Shown one piece after another: positions 7,468-16,146 of a stretch of DNA of 38,838 nucleotides; the first letter of the stretch is position 1; each line of letters begins with the position of its first letter. Below the pieces are notes generated by a model. That model was not told the DNA's origin, did not search any database, and saw nothing but the letters and a program-made list of their open reading frames with translations. The position numbers and the translations under genes are program-made. This stretch comes from a virus (lineage: Duplodnaviria > Heunggongvirae > Uroviricota > Caudoviricetes), in the IMG/VR virus record IMGVR_UViG_3300035670_000017, positions 128,850 to 167,687 of that record. The stretch is one strand, 5' to 3'.

Positions 7468-8154
7468 ATGTCAAATGTTGGTATTTATCTAGTTCTCGCA
7501 GGCATCATCGTCTTTCTCCTATGCGGACTAGCGTCATGTAACCGTAATCCGAAAGGAATACCTAAAGATAAGAAATCGAAGGCTAAAAAACTGAAAGTTT
7601 ACGAGCCCGAAGTCCCTGAACCAATTCCTCCTACACCTCGTCGCTGGACTGTTGAGCAAATTCGTGAAAACACCGAAAGGGCTATTCACCAAGAGCAACT
7701 TGAAAAGCAGCGCCGAAAGGAAGAAGAGAAGGCTTGGAAAGCTCGTCGACTAAACGAGTTCAGCACTAAGACTGGGAAAGCTCTGTGTAAGATAATCACA
7801 GATGCCTTTTCCGGCGACAGAGTTCCGAAGGCCGAGCAACAGATGAGAAACGGAAGCATGTTTCTCGTCATGAATCTGAACGAGCGTCTGAAGTGGACCG
7901 AAGGTAGTATCAATCGTAATCCGGAGAACCTGACTAAGTTCACGGAAATCATCAAGGAAGAAATCTCCAAGTGTCCTGAATTGGGTGTGGTGTCCCGGCT
8001 CTACATCCATATCAAGGAAAATCCGTATAACCTGATGACTACTGATGATTACACCACGGCTGATTTTTACATCACGATTTACATACCACATGTTCCAGAT
8101 CCGTCACCCATCGACGTGACAGTGGAATTCACTGAATCTACTAATGACTATTAA
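7468..8154 (+). CDS. Putative lipoprotein or membrane-anchored protein (228 aa)
   Basis: ATG at 7468 with SD TAAGGA. Hydrophobic N-terminus ends in a lipobox-like L-A-S-C, followed by a Lys/Pro-rich linker. Confidence 0.65.
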   Translation: MSNVGIYLVLAGIIVFLLCGLASCNRNPKGIPKDKKSKAKKLKVYEPEVPEPIPPTPRRWTVEQIRENTERAIHQEQLEKQRRKEEEKAWKARRLNEFSTKTGKALCKIITDAFSGDRVPKAEQQMRNGSMFLVMNLNERLKWTEGSINRNPENLTKFTEIIKEEISKCPELGVVSRLYIHIKENPYNLMTTDDYTTADFYITIYIPHVPDPSPIDVTVEFTESTNDY

Positions 8155-8165
8155 GGAAAATCAAG

Positions 8166-8438
8166 ATGTGCGAAAAACTAATCACTGAAGCAACGGTGAC
8201 AGCGAGTACCGAGCGAAGCACGAATAAGTGCTCGGTGTATGTTGAATCCCTCACCAGGGACAATCATCCATCTAAGACAACCACAGTGCGCATCGGTATT
8301 TACACCTTTTCGTACGAAGACTTCGCTGCTATTCAGCAAGCGGTCCAAGGACATCGGGAAACATTGGAAAAGAAGTTTCCTGATGATAAGACAATTCATC
8401 TTAAACCAATCCCTGCCTTTCCACCACTTTCCGATTGA
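8166..8438 (+). CDS. Hypothetical protein (90 aa)
   Basis: SD TAAGGA. No motif recognised. Confidence 0.7.
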   Translation: MCEKLITEATVTASTERSTNKCSVYVESLTRDNHPSKTTTVRIGIYTFSYEDFAAIQQAVQGHRETLEKKFPDDKTIHLKPIPAFPPLSD

Positions 8439-8454
8439 ACACCTGAGACAAGAG

Positions 8455-9078
8455 ATGGAAAAACAAAAAACATTGAGGGACGTCGAAGCGTTGAAAATCA
8501 ACTCGATCTTGATCGATGAAATCAATGCTCGGCGAAAGCAACTGAAGCTGACTGATCGAGATATTATCGGTCTCACTGGTTTTAGTCGCACAGCCATCAA
8601 GACAGTATTCGCTCAAAAGACGTCTTTGTATAAGGCTTGGTCGAAAACTTCCGTCGGAAGTCGTCGACTCAAGACTATCTTAGTCATCTGTGAGAAGATC
8701 GGTATCCAAGTACGTGTCCGTATCAAGGACTACTACGGACCTCTGGATGAAGAAGCTTTTCCGGTTATCTGTAAGTTCTGCTTGGACCAGGGAGCCAACC
8801 ACAGTAGCGCTAATTCCGTCTTCCTAGCTCAGGCCAGGTACTATACCGGACAAAGGCTTGATAAACCAGCGATCGGGTACGGTGCTATTCGGATGCTTGA
8901 ATACTACGAGCTATTCGGTGGTCTGTATGAACTGGAGATAACGGTTAAAGATGTCCCAGTAGAAATCCCTAAGTTCACACTAGCTAGCGGTGGCACTTTC
9001 AAGGTTCGGCCTCCGTCTGTTCCTAGTAGTGTTTTTAACCTGACACATTCCCGCAAGGATAATCATGTCTTTCTTTGA
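8455..9078 (+). CDS. XRE/Cro-like helix-turn-helix protein, possibly two tandem units (207 aa)
   Basis: INARRKQLKLTDRDIIGLTGFSRTAI is an XRE-type HTH entry, and LKTILVICEKIGIQVRVRIKD is a typical XRE tail. A similar tail recurs (MLEYYELFGGLYELEITVKD). I moved the start to ATG 8455 to avoid overlap with the 8166 gene. Confidence 0.55.
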   Translation: MEKQKTLRDVEALKINSILIDEINARRKQLKLTDRDIIGLTGFSRTAIKTVFAQKTSLYKAWSKTSVGSRRLKTILVICEKIGIQVRVRIKDYYGPLDEEAFPVICKFCLDQGANHSSANSVFLAQARYYTGQRLDKPAIGYGAIRMLEYYELFGGLYELEITVKDVPVEIPKFTLASGGTFKVRPPSVPSSVFNLTHSRKDNHVFL

Positions 9079-9250
9079 ATCCAACGACTTCAAGAGAATC
9101 TCCAAGAATGTCAGTGAAAAAGTACGAAAAGAATGGCTGGAAGAAATGAACCGCCAAGAACGTCGTCGTAAGTTCTGGGATAAAGTACTGACAGCCATTA
9201 TCTTGATTGTCTCATTGACGATCATCCATTTTGTCTCTAAGCAAACTTAA
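9065..9250 (+). CDS. Small C-terminally anchored membrane protein (61 aa), paralog A
   Basis: SD AAGGA. MSFFESNDFKR..KN N-terminus, a basic stretch, then one TM helix. Confidence 0.7.
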   Translation: MSFFESNDFKRISKNVSEKVRKEWLEEMNRQERRRKFWDKVLTAIILIVSLTIIHFVSKQT

Positions 9251-9263
9251 CCAAAAGGAAACT

Positions 9264-9470
9264 ATGTCGTGGTTTGAATCTGAAGACTTCAAGAAATTTG
9301 CTAAGAACTTCTTGAATGGCGAAGCTATGCAAAAGCAAAGTCGAGCTTTACAGAAAAAGCAAGACCATCGCTTGCGCCGAGCAAAGATGATTGACCGCGC
9401 AGTCGGTTGGATTATCTTTGCGGTCGGTATCTTTATGATCTGGGCTGCTTCTAACAGCATCTTTAACTAA
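9264..9470 (+). CDS. Small C-terminally anchored membrane protein (68 aa), paralog B
   Basis: ATG at 9264 with SD AAAAGGAAA. MSWFESEDFKK..KN N-terminus and one TM helix. Confidence 0.7.
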   Translation: MSWFESEDFKKFAKNFLNGEAMQKQSRALQKKQDHRLRRAKMIDRAVGWIIFAVGIFMIWAASNSIFN

Positions 9471-9472
9471 GT

Positions 9473-9520
9473 ACACAGAAGTCTCTTCGGGGGCTTCTGT
9501 GTTACAACTTTTTTCTTTTC
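9473..9520 (+). terminator. Intrinsic terminator
   Basis: 13-bp stem (9473-9502) with a cUUCGg loop and a T-rich tract a few nt downstream. Confidence 0.8.
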
Positions 9521-9603
9521 GTAAAATCCAGTGGCAAAGGAGTGGAATCGCGGAGGCTACGTGTGTTCGACCACCCTGTCATCCTAGACGAAGTGTTTTC
9601 AAC

Positions 9604-9810
9604 ATGACAGTACCGGCTATCATATTCATCGTGTTACTCCTTGTGACTATGGTGATTCTTTATGTGATGGATGACCTGGTATTCGGTAAAGATTACATGA
9701 CTGGTTGGGATAGAGATGTTTGCCACTTTGTGGTGAGCGTACTTGTAGGGATATCTGGATCTTTACTCGCACTGATAGCGCAGCGTATCCTGGAGTTGTT
9801 TAACGAATGA
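9604..9810 (+). CDS. Small two-TM membrane protein (68 aa)
   Basis: Two hydrophobic segments. ATG 9604 chosen because the longer track start lies inside the terminator. Confidence 0.6.
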   Translation: MTVPAIIFIVLLLVTMVILYVMDDLVFGKDYMTGWDRDVCHFVVSVLVGISGSLLALIAQRILELFNE

Positions 9811-9837
9811 CTCATCCTAACTAAAAAGGTTCAATCC

Positions 9838-10068
9838 ATGAGACGATTTACTGTTGTCCTTAAAGAACACATGACCATCAATATCGCCAGCGAAATTTCA
9901 ACTTTGTTGCACAACAAAATTGGGAAACCCGTTTGGCTTGACACGCTCCATGACAAACGTGCGACGTTTGGATACAATGGACACAATTGCGATATAGAGA
10001 CCGTAAACTCTGCAATGACTGAAGTGTTCGTTCAATTCAATGCGGAAGCCGTTCAATATGGAACATAA
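9838..10068 (+). CDS. Hypothetical protein (76 aa)
   Basis: SD AAAGGT, followed by a hairpin. Confidence 0.65.
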   Translation: MRRFTVVLKEHMTINIASEISTLLHNKIGKPVWLDTLHDKRATFGYNGHNCDIETVNSAMTEVFVQFNAEAVQYGT

Positions 10069-10074
10069 GTAAGT

Positions 10075-10110
10075 CATATACACACCTAGTTAATTCTAGG
10101 TGTGTATATG
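10075..10110. terminator. Hairpin
   Basis: CATATACACACCTAG / CTAGGTGTGTATATG, 15-bp perfect stem, just before a promoter motif. Confidence 0.75.
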
Positions 10111-10136
10111 TACCGTTTCTAAAATTATTCACACGT

Positions 10137-10152
10137 ATATACTTTACTTGAG
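10137..10152 (+). promoter_or_regulatory. Candidate early promoter motif ATATACTTTACTTGAG, copy 2
   Basis: One mismatch to copy 1, and shares upstream AAAATT...ATTCAC with it. Confidence 0.75.
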
Positions 10153-10215
10153 CAATGTGCAGAGTTCTGCTAGCTTAGTGAAAGTATACATAATTAGGTA
10201 AAGGGAATTGAGAGG

Positions 10216-10473
10216 ATGTCTGGAAAAAAGATTCTCAATGCATTCGACATGGCTCCGCCAAGATCAACTGAGGTTAAGCCTTATAAGTTTGGTCTGAAGC
10301 CCGGCCAGAGGTTGGATACAAAAGGAAGGATCATCTGCGAAAAAGCAGTGAAACAATATGCTGCATTTCGCGTCGATCCAGCCAAGTCAGTTGAAGAACA
10401 AGTGACGAGGGCTATCCGTACGGCGCAAAACGATGCAGCCTACAGAATCGCTAGAAGGACAGGGAAAAAGTGA
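10216..10473 (+). CDS. Small basic hypothetical protein (85 aa)
   Basis: SD GAGG. Sits alone between promoter copy 2 and a hairpin. Lys/Arg-rich. Confidence 0.7.
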   Translation: MSGKKILNAFDMAPPRSTEVKPYKFGLKPGQRLDTKGRIICEKAVKQYAAFRVDPAKSVEEQVTRAIRTAQNDAAYRIARRTGKK

Positions 10474-10485
10474 CCATGTAGTTAA

Positions 10486-10516
10486 ATGTACTGGGCCCTT
10501 CAGGGGTTCAGTACAT
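10486..10516. terminator. Hairpin
   Basis: ATGTACTGGGCCC / GGGTTCAGTACAT, 13-bp stem with two G-U pairs. CTTATG follows at 10522-10527. Confidence 0.65.
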
Positions 10517-10587
10517 GTAAGCTTATGTGCGTCTTAATCAATCGCTCTTAGGCATTCACAATTTAAAGACCTAAAACTAAGGCAATT

Positions 10588-11694
10588 ATGAACCAAGAAA
10601 CCAAACCTGCTGTGATGTACACAGTCTGTCATACTGACCTGGACGAACTTGTCCTGGATATCATGACTCTGGTACAACAAGGCCAGATCACCACACTACC
10701 ACCCATTCTAGATGAGAGTTACTCTAATCTAGGTAACGTAATGTCACCGGAGGACATCAACCAGATTCACAATCTGCTGAATCGGCGCAAATACACCGCT
10801 TATGAAGAGAACGTACTCAACGCCATTGCGCAGTGGAACCTACGCAACAGCAGCTCGTTCCTGAAATCCATCATGGCGGCAATTTGCTATACGCTGCATT
10901 CGACCCAACGGTTGGGTCAGCTGCCTTCTACGACTGAATTGCTTGCCGTCAAAACAGGCATGCCTTCAGATGTAGCTCGATCTTTACACATGGAAACTCC
11001 TGAGACCATTCGTCGGCTGATCAAAGCTGCAGTGGGTAACGGTCCTGTGGAGGCAAAGATCCCTGTCAATGGGTATTCGGACGAGATCTCGAAGTTGATC
11101 AAGATCGACTCGCGTGATCCGACTGAAGTGGAGAACCTGCGTCGTTACCTGGGCTCCACGGATACCAAGACAGTGTTGAAGGCGAATTCCATGGATCGCA
11201 AAGAGTACATTGCTCGTTTGTTGATCCAGACGACGAAGACTGTGAGTGAGTATAAGAACGAAGACTCGTTCAGTACTCTACGCAGCTTCCTCAATAACGC
11301 CGGTCACATCTGCACATTGATCCGTGTCTTCTCGAACACCACGGACAATTATCAGTGGATCTCCAAGCTGGCTTGTGATGTCAATGACCAAATCCATAGC
11401 CTGGATCGTCTGTTGAGCGCAAACGCTGTGCTGGCCCGGCAAATGCTGACACGCATGATTCAGAACAATGAGGTCATCTACAAGGACCTGATGGATCTGA
11501 CTCGTCACCAGCACCGTATCCTGGCTATCGAAGCGGCCGGGGTATTCACAATGTTCAGCTATCTGTTCAAGAGCGTAGAGTATGATTTCATCCTGCGCCA
11601 TGAAGAGTTGAGCAAATCCATCACGCGCATGTTGCGCTATACAGAAATCTCTACCAAGTACACCAACGAGATCTCTGTCAAGTTGGAAAGCTGA
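10588..11694 (+). CDS. Hypothetical alpha-helical protein (368 aa)
   Basis: Long ORF with biased codon usage. No motif recognised. Confidence 0.8.
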   Translation: MNQETKPAVMYTVCHTDLDELVLDIMTLVQQGQITTLPPILDESYSNLGNVMSPEDINQIHNLLNRRKYTAYEENVLNAIAQWNLRNSSSFLKSIMAAICYTLHSTQRLGQLPSTTELLAVKTGMPSDVARSLHMETPETIRRLIKAAVGNGPVEAKIPVNGYSDEISKLIKIDSRDPTEVENLRRYLGSTDTKTVLKANSMDRKEYIARLLIQTTKTVSEYKNEDSFSTLRSFLNNAGHICTLIRVFSNTTDNYQWISKLACDVNDQIHSLDRLLSANAVLARQMLTRMIQNNEVIYKDLMDLTRHQHRILAIEAAGVFTMFSYLFKSVEYDFILRHEELSKSITRMLRYTEISTKYTNEISVKLES

Positions 11695-11725
11695 GAAGAG
11701 AGTTCATTAATTCAAGAGGAGTCAA

Positions 11726-12373
11726 ATGCAAATTAGCATGAGACGTGTATCTGACATCGACACGGTTGACCGAATCTTCAACCCGATCGAAGACACACAG
11801 TTCAGAACTTATCTTCGTGATAAATATGAACGCACCATGGAGCACTTGGAGAAAGTCACTACAGGGACCGCTCGCGATTTTCTCGATCGCTCCAAGCGGA
11901 TCTTTGAAGAGATCAACTCCAGTGCTGCTTTGCGTAGAACGCGAGCTGCTATTCGTGCTGTCACTGGGGTGCGGCGCAGTGATAGCATCTATCGTCCTGT
12001 GGATCTAGGGGAATTCCAGGCAGTGGGACTTCGCATGCAGCGATTCCTGTTGGCTGACCCTGTGATCCGTCGCAAGGTCATCAAGCAACAGATTGATGGC
12101 TACAGCCATTCTCAACCAGCTCCTGATCCAACTGCCATCGGAGAAAACGATTACGACTATCGTCGTGTTGTTAACGGTGTCTTCATGGAGCAGCCTGGTG
12201 AGGGTGATGAGAAGAACTTTGTGCATACAGAGTACTTCGAGAAACTTAAGGAAGGCGATCGTGAGTTGGATGTCGAAGAGCAATTCGATATCATCGACAG
12301 CTGGTATATGCAACGCGCATTGCAAGCTGCAGGTGCCGACACTACATCGCTTCGTGGTGATTTGATCACTTAA
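11726..12373 (+). CDS. Hypothetical protein, probably chimallivirus core (215 aa)
   Basis: SD GAGGAG. Lies upstream of the SbcD-like gene, where conserved unknown genes occur in phiKZ-like phages (synteny inference). Confidence 0.75.
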   Translation: MQISMRRVSDIDTVDRIFNPIEDTQFRTYLRDKYERTMEHLEKVTTGTARDFLDRSKRIFEEINSSAALRRTRAAIRAVTGVRRSDSIYRPVDLGEFQAVGLRMQRFLLADPVIRRKVIKQQIDGYSHSQPAPDPTAIGENDYDYRRVVNGVFMEQPGEGDEKNFVHTEYFEKLKEGDRELDVEEQFDIIDSWYMQRALQAAGADTTSLRGDLIT

Positions 12374-12378
12374 AGCAC

Positions 12379-12410
12379 ATCTTCAGGATCTCCGAAGAGA
12401 TCCTGAAGAT
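12379..12410. terminator. Hairpin
   Basis: ATCTTCAGGATCTC-CGAA-GAGATCCTGAAGAT, 14-bp perfect stem. Confidence 0.7.
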
Positions 12411-12440
12411 TACTGCTTATTAATTGAAAGGAAAATTGAC

Positions 12441-12956
12441 ATGAAAAAAGCTTCTGTATTCTACATCGATTCTGCTGAGGATCTTCGAGACCTGGGACCT
12501 ATTATTGCGTCTCACGCCAAAAAGAAAAAGATCTGTATCTTGGCCCGCTATTGCGGGGATGAGACACTAGGTCGTTTGAATCTTCGTGACATGGCTGTCA
12601 ATGCCGGACTACAAAGCCGAGTCGATCATTATGTTGCTTCCAAAGAGCAGTCTTTGAAAGACAAGATTGCCGAGCTGGGCTACGAGTGTATCGCGTACTA
12701 TGGCGTTAACATGGATCTCTATGCGAAGCCAGTGAGTGAGCACGGAACTAAGGCCAAGGATATGAAATATGTCTATCGCTATGCCTGTGTTTGTTCCAAA
12801 TGTGAATCGATTGTCTCGGAGATCGTGAAATCGGTATCAAAAGCCACCGTGCGCAAACTGCGTGAAGAATACACCAACAGCGATACGATCGAAGTGACTG
12901 AAACTTCGTCGACCATCAATGTTATCGACACTTCAAATAAGTGCATGGTTTGCTAA
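12441..12956 (+). CDS. Hypothetical protein with CxCxxC and terminal CxxC (171 aa), possible Zn-binding
   Basis: SD AAGGAAA. Contains ACVCSKC and ends in KCMVC*. Confidence 0.7.
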   Translation: MKKASVFYIDSAEDLRDLGPIIASHAKKKKICILARYCGDETLGRLNLRDMAVNAGLQSRVDHYVASKEQSLKDKIAELGYECIAYYGVNMDLYAKPVSEHGTKAKDMKYVYRYACVCSKCESIVSEIVKSVSKATVRKLREEYTNSDTIEVTETSSTINVIDTSNKCMVC

Positions 12957-13016
12957 AATTCACACGGGCGGTCAATGGTATGGACTGTAAGTTTAACAAA
13001 ACGAAAGTACTCTACC

Positions 13017-13415
13017 ATGGCCGCCCCATATCCATCCATCGACGCCGGGTATATTCATGACCCGGCTAAGAAACTCGATTGTCTGATGTCTGACTTCTTT
13101 GAAGCAGAGCACAGCCAGTCATATCTTTTTTTTAATCAGGTAACGTCGTTTCCCTGGATTATTCAGCAGTATCAGACTGATCCCAACGAGATCATCAACC
13201 AGCTGAGAGTTCGGCTTCGACCCTACTTGCTGCGTTACTTCGATGACGTAGACATTGAATGTGCCTTGATTGATAATCAGGTCACAACCACCAGTTACTC
13301 TATCCGACTTTATGTTGAAGTTCAACAGGATGGAGCCCTTCCCGTTAACTTGGTCAATCAGATCAATATATCCGACAATAACAAGTTTGAACGCTCGATT
13401 GCCCTTCGAACATAA
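13017..13415 (+). CDS. Conserved phiKZ-like protein, possibly T4 gp25-like baseplate wedge fold (132 aa)
   Basis: DPAKKLDCLMSDFF..E.SQS.L....VTSFPWIIQQY..DP...L..YL.RYF..V.I pattern, recalled from phiKZ-like core genes. The fold call is inference. Start at ATG 13017 is preferred over 12975. Confidence 0.5.
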   Translation: MAAPYPSIDAGYIHDPAKKLDCLMSDFFEAEHSQSYLFFNQVTSFPWIIQQYQTDPNEIINQLRVRLRPYLLRYFDDVDIECALIDNQVTTTSYSIRLYVEVQQDGALPVNLVNQINISDNNKFERSIALRT

Positions 13416-13432
13416 TCTTTAGGAGTTACACC

Positions 13433-14056
13433 ATGAACCAACCAAAAAACCCTCGCCTGGCTGGAAGCATCGCTGAGATGCAACGCCAAGAATCTATGCG
13501 GATCTTGCAAGACAGTGAGCGCGCTGTCGCTGATCTGAGTACTCCGAAAATGACAGAACGGCGCAAGTTCCCAGAAGAACAGTTTCGTCGTAACTTCCTG
13601 CCTGTGGTTTCAGGAGAAGCCTATAAGCGTCTGCCTCCTGGCTATACACCAGAGCGCCTGCATGACGAAGCTTATAACTTCTGGTGTCAGGTAGCCGGAG
13701 GTCCTACTGGTGAAGTCGATGTGGTTGAACCCGATGGTACTGTTGCTTTCACAGTCCCTGCTCTGATGGATACATCCATCATGAACATCGCTCAACCCAG
13801 TAACCGTGCAGGATTGCGAGCACTGAACAAAGAATACATCGAGCGCTCTCCAGGGATGCCTCATGTCGCTAAGACCACCCTGCAAGTTGGTCTGGCTCAG
13901 CAAATTAGCTATATGTTCCAAAACACTCCTGATCCCCGTGAGACTAATGCAAAGATCAAGAAAATGCACGAGTACTACGGTATCAAGCCAGTTGAGCAGG
14001 AAAACAAAACCAGTGGACCTACTGATGACTTCTTGGGTGAGTTGAGCTTCGACTGA
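13433..14056 (+). CDS. Hypothetical protein, probably chimallivirus core (207 aa)
   Basis: SD AGGAG, TGATG-coupled to the nuclease gene. Acidic/aromatic C-terminus (DDFLGELSFD). Confidence 0.75.
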   Translation: MNQPKNPRLAGSIAEMQRQESMRILQDSERAVADLSTPKMTERRKFPEEQFRRNFLPVVSGEAYKRLPPGYTPERLHDEAYNFWCQVAGGPTGEVDVVEPDGTVAFTVPALMDTSIMNIAQPSNRAGLRALNKEYIERSPGMPHVAKTTLQVGLAQQISYMFQNTPDPRETNAKIKKMHEYYGIKPVEQENKTSGPTDDFLGELSFD

Positions 14057-15195
14057 TGATCAAGAAGGATATCTCTTATCTAACGATCTCAGATATACAC
14101 ATGCTCAATGATCTCAATGAGACTGCGTATATCTGTGGATCTTTTCGGGAGTACTTCGGTAACTTTGAACCTGATTCTCGATTCGTTGACTTAGATATCA
14201 TTTTCCTGGCTGGCGATATCTTTGACTCATACAAGGACTCTAAGAGCCCTGATGTTGTGCGAGTGACGACATTGATGCGAGAGCTGATGAGCTTTTGTGC
14301 GAAACATAACATCAAGTTGAGAAACCTCAAAGGTACGCCGGGACACGATTACGATCAATCCGAACTATTTACCCCAATAGCTCTAGCCTACGAAGGTAGG
14401 CTAGACTATAAATACATGAGTGTGCTTTCCATTGAGAAAATGGATGACTTAGGTCTAAGCATACTGTATGTTCCGGATGAATGGGCAGGATCTGCCGCGG
14501 CTTGTAAAGAGCAGGTGATTGAATTGATGCAGATGCATCAGCTCGATAAGATCGATATTGCCTGTATGCATGGCATGTTTGATTTTCAAATTCCTGATTT
14601 GGGAGAGCACCCCCTTAAGCACGACACCCAGTGGTATCTCTCCATTATCAATTACTTCATCAACATTGGACACGATCATACGTTCAAGACTTGTGACCGA
14701 ATCATTGTCCAGGGTAGCTTTGATCGCATAGCCCATGGTGAAGAAGGTAAGAAAGGTGCAGTCGTCTGTTATCTTCGCAGGGAAGGCGATAGTTGGTTTG
14801 ATTTCATCGAGAACAAACGCGCGCGAATATTCAAGACTATTGTTGTCAAGACTAAAGATCTTGATGCAGGAGTTGAACAGGTACGTAAAGTCCTGGATAA
14901 ACTTCCTGACAACTCACACATCCGTGTTTCCACTGGGCCCGATAACCCAATTTTAACTGTCCTTGATGAGTTCAAGAAGGCACATCCCAAGATGGTCTTC
15001 AAAAAGCACAAGGATAAGAAACAGCACAGCGAGTCTGTCAACGAGTTAGCCAAGGCAGTTGACTTATCGACGACTTACGAAGTAGTAGCTTTGACTCCAG
15101 AGAGCATCGTGAAGATGGTCATGGAAAACATCAGCATTCCTTTAGATCCTCAGACCTCGGAGCTATTGAAAGCTGAACTAGAAGCTATTGTCTAA
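14056..15195 (+). CDS. sbcD: SbcD/Mre11-like metallophosphoesterase nuclease (379 aa)
   Basis: Motifs SDIH, GDIFD, GTPGHD, MHG and GHDH appear in calcineurin-like order. Position matches the chimallivirus core SbcD-like gene. Confidence 0.85.
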   Translation: MIKKDISYLTISDIHMLNDLNETAYICGSFREYFGNFEPDSRFVDLDIIFLAGDIFDSYKDSKSPDVVRVTTLMRELMSFCAKHNIKLRNLKGTPGHDYDQSELFTPIALAYEGRLDYKYMSVLSIEKMDDLGLSILYVPDEWAGSAAACKEQVIELMQMHQLDKIDIACMHGMFDFQIPDLGEHPLKHDTQWYLSIINYFINIGHDHTFKTCDRIIVQGSFDRIAHGEEGKKGAVVCYLRREGDSWFDFIENKRARIFKTIVVKTKDLDAGVEQVRKVLDKLPDNSHIRVSTGPDNPILTVLDEFKKAHPKMVFKKHKDKKQHSESVNELAKAVDLSTTYEVVALTPESIVKMVMENISIPLDPQTSELLKAELEAIV

Positions 15196-15215
15196 ACCCT
15201 TACGACTTAAAAGCT

Positions 15216-16085
15216 ATGTCCAACCCGTCCCTTTTTGATCGCACGACCTCAGGCTTTCCCCTAAGTATCTCTACGGGCCTAGCTTTTGAGTCCATCTTTC
15301 CTCCGCGTCAATCGGTATATGACCCGGAGCGTGAGATACCGCAAAAAATCAACATCGCTGACTATAATCAGATATGGATCAACGTCGATACGCTGTTCCG
15401 GAACATGTTGCAATCGGCTGATAAGAGTGCTGTGGCTTCAACAGGCTACAAAGAAACCACTGCTGTGTTGATTGATGAAATCGACACGATCCAAAGCCTG
15501 ATGTTCAATGAAGGCGGCGGAGTCTGCATACCAGTCTTTTACGTCTGTGATTATCAGCATGCTTTGAAGAACATACATGCAGGTATTACTTTGCGTAAAG
15601 ACACTACAGCTATTCAGCTTCACTACACTGATCTTCGCGACAAGACCATGAAGGAGTTGAAGAAGATCCGCACAGACATCAAGTTCTTTCCAGGAGCCAT
15701 TCGTGCTTCTCAAGGACAGGACTCTGTACTGATGCTGACGCACATTCCCTATGACCTTTTGAGTAAGCGAGACTTTAAGAAGTTGGACTTGCTGGAAAGT
15801 AATACGGGTAAACTGAAGAAACCATTTCAATGGAATACGAAGTACTACCCAGTTCCTAAACGGGACATGAGTATCTTGCCGTTCCATCGGTTTCTTTTGA
15901 TGGCTCTGGGTGATAAGGTCCTTATCCAACCCATGCCTATGAAGATCCGTACACAGATCATGGATACTGCCGATAAACGTAACTGGACTCCGGCTACTAC
16001 GTCAGAGAAATGTCTGCTGGATCTGAGCATTGATTTGCATCCATTTGACTACGCTGTTTTGCAATCCGCGCGCATCGCGCATTAA
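15216..16085 (+). CDS. Conserved chimallivirus core protein, possible PIN/5'-3' nuclease-like fold (289 aa)
   Basis: Lies between SbcD-like and ChmC-like genes. IWINVDTLFRN resembles the first strand-helix of PIN/FEN folds (weak). Confidence 0.6.
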   Translation: MSNPSLFDRTTSGFPLSISTGLAFESIFPPRQSVYDPEREIPQKINIADYNQIWINVDTLFRNMLQSADKSAVASTGYKETTAVLIDEIDTIQSLMFNEGGGVCIPVFYVCDYQHALKNIHAGITLRKDTTAIQLHYTDLRDKTMKELKKIRTDIKFFPGAIRASQGQDSVLMLTHIPYDLLSKRDFKKLDLLESNTGKLKKPFQWNTKYYPVPKRDMSILPFHRFLLMALGDKVLIQPMPMKIRTQIMDTADKRNWTPATTSEKCLLDLSIDLHPFDYAVLQSARIAH

Positions 16086-16087
16086 TC

Positions 16088-16120
16088 ACATCTAGGCGTC
16101 CCGAAAGGACGCCTAGATGT
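16088..16120. terminator. Hairpin
   Basis: ACATCTAGGCGTCC / GGACGCCTAGATGT, 14-bp perfect stem. Confidence 0.7.
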
Positions 16121-16146
16121 ACTCTTTATACTTTAAGGAAATTGAC

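Noticed and set aside
9561-9580. GTTCGA (tRNA T-loop-like) in an intergenic gap
   Set aside because: The flanks do not form a T-stem, and there is no cloverleaf, D-arm or acceptor stem.
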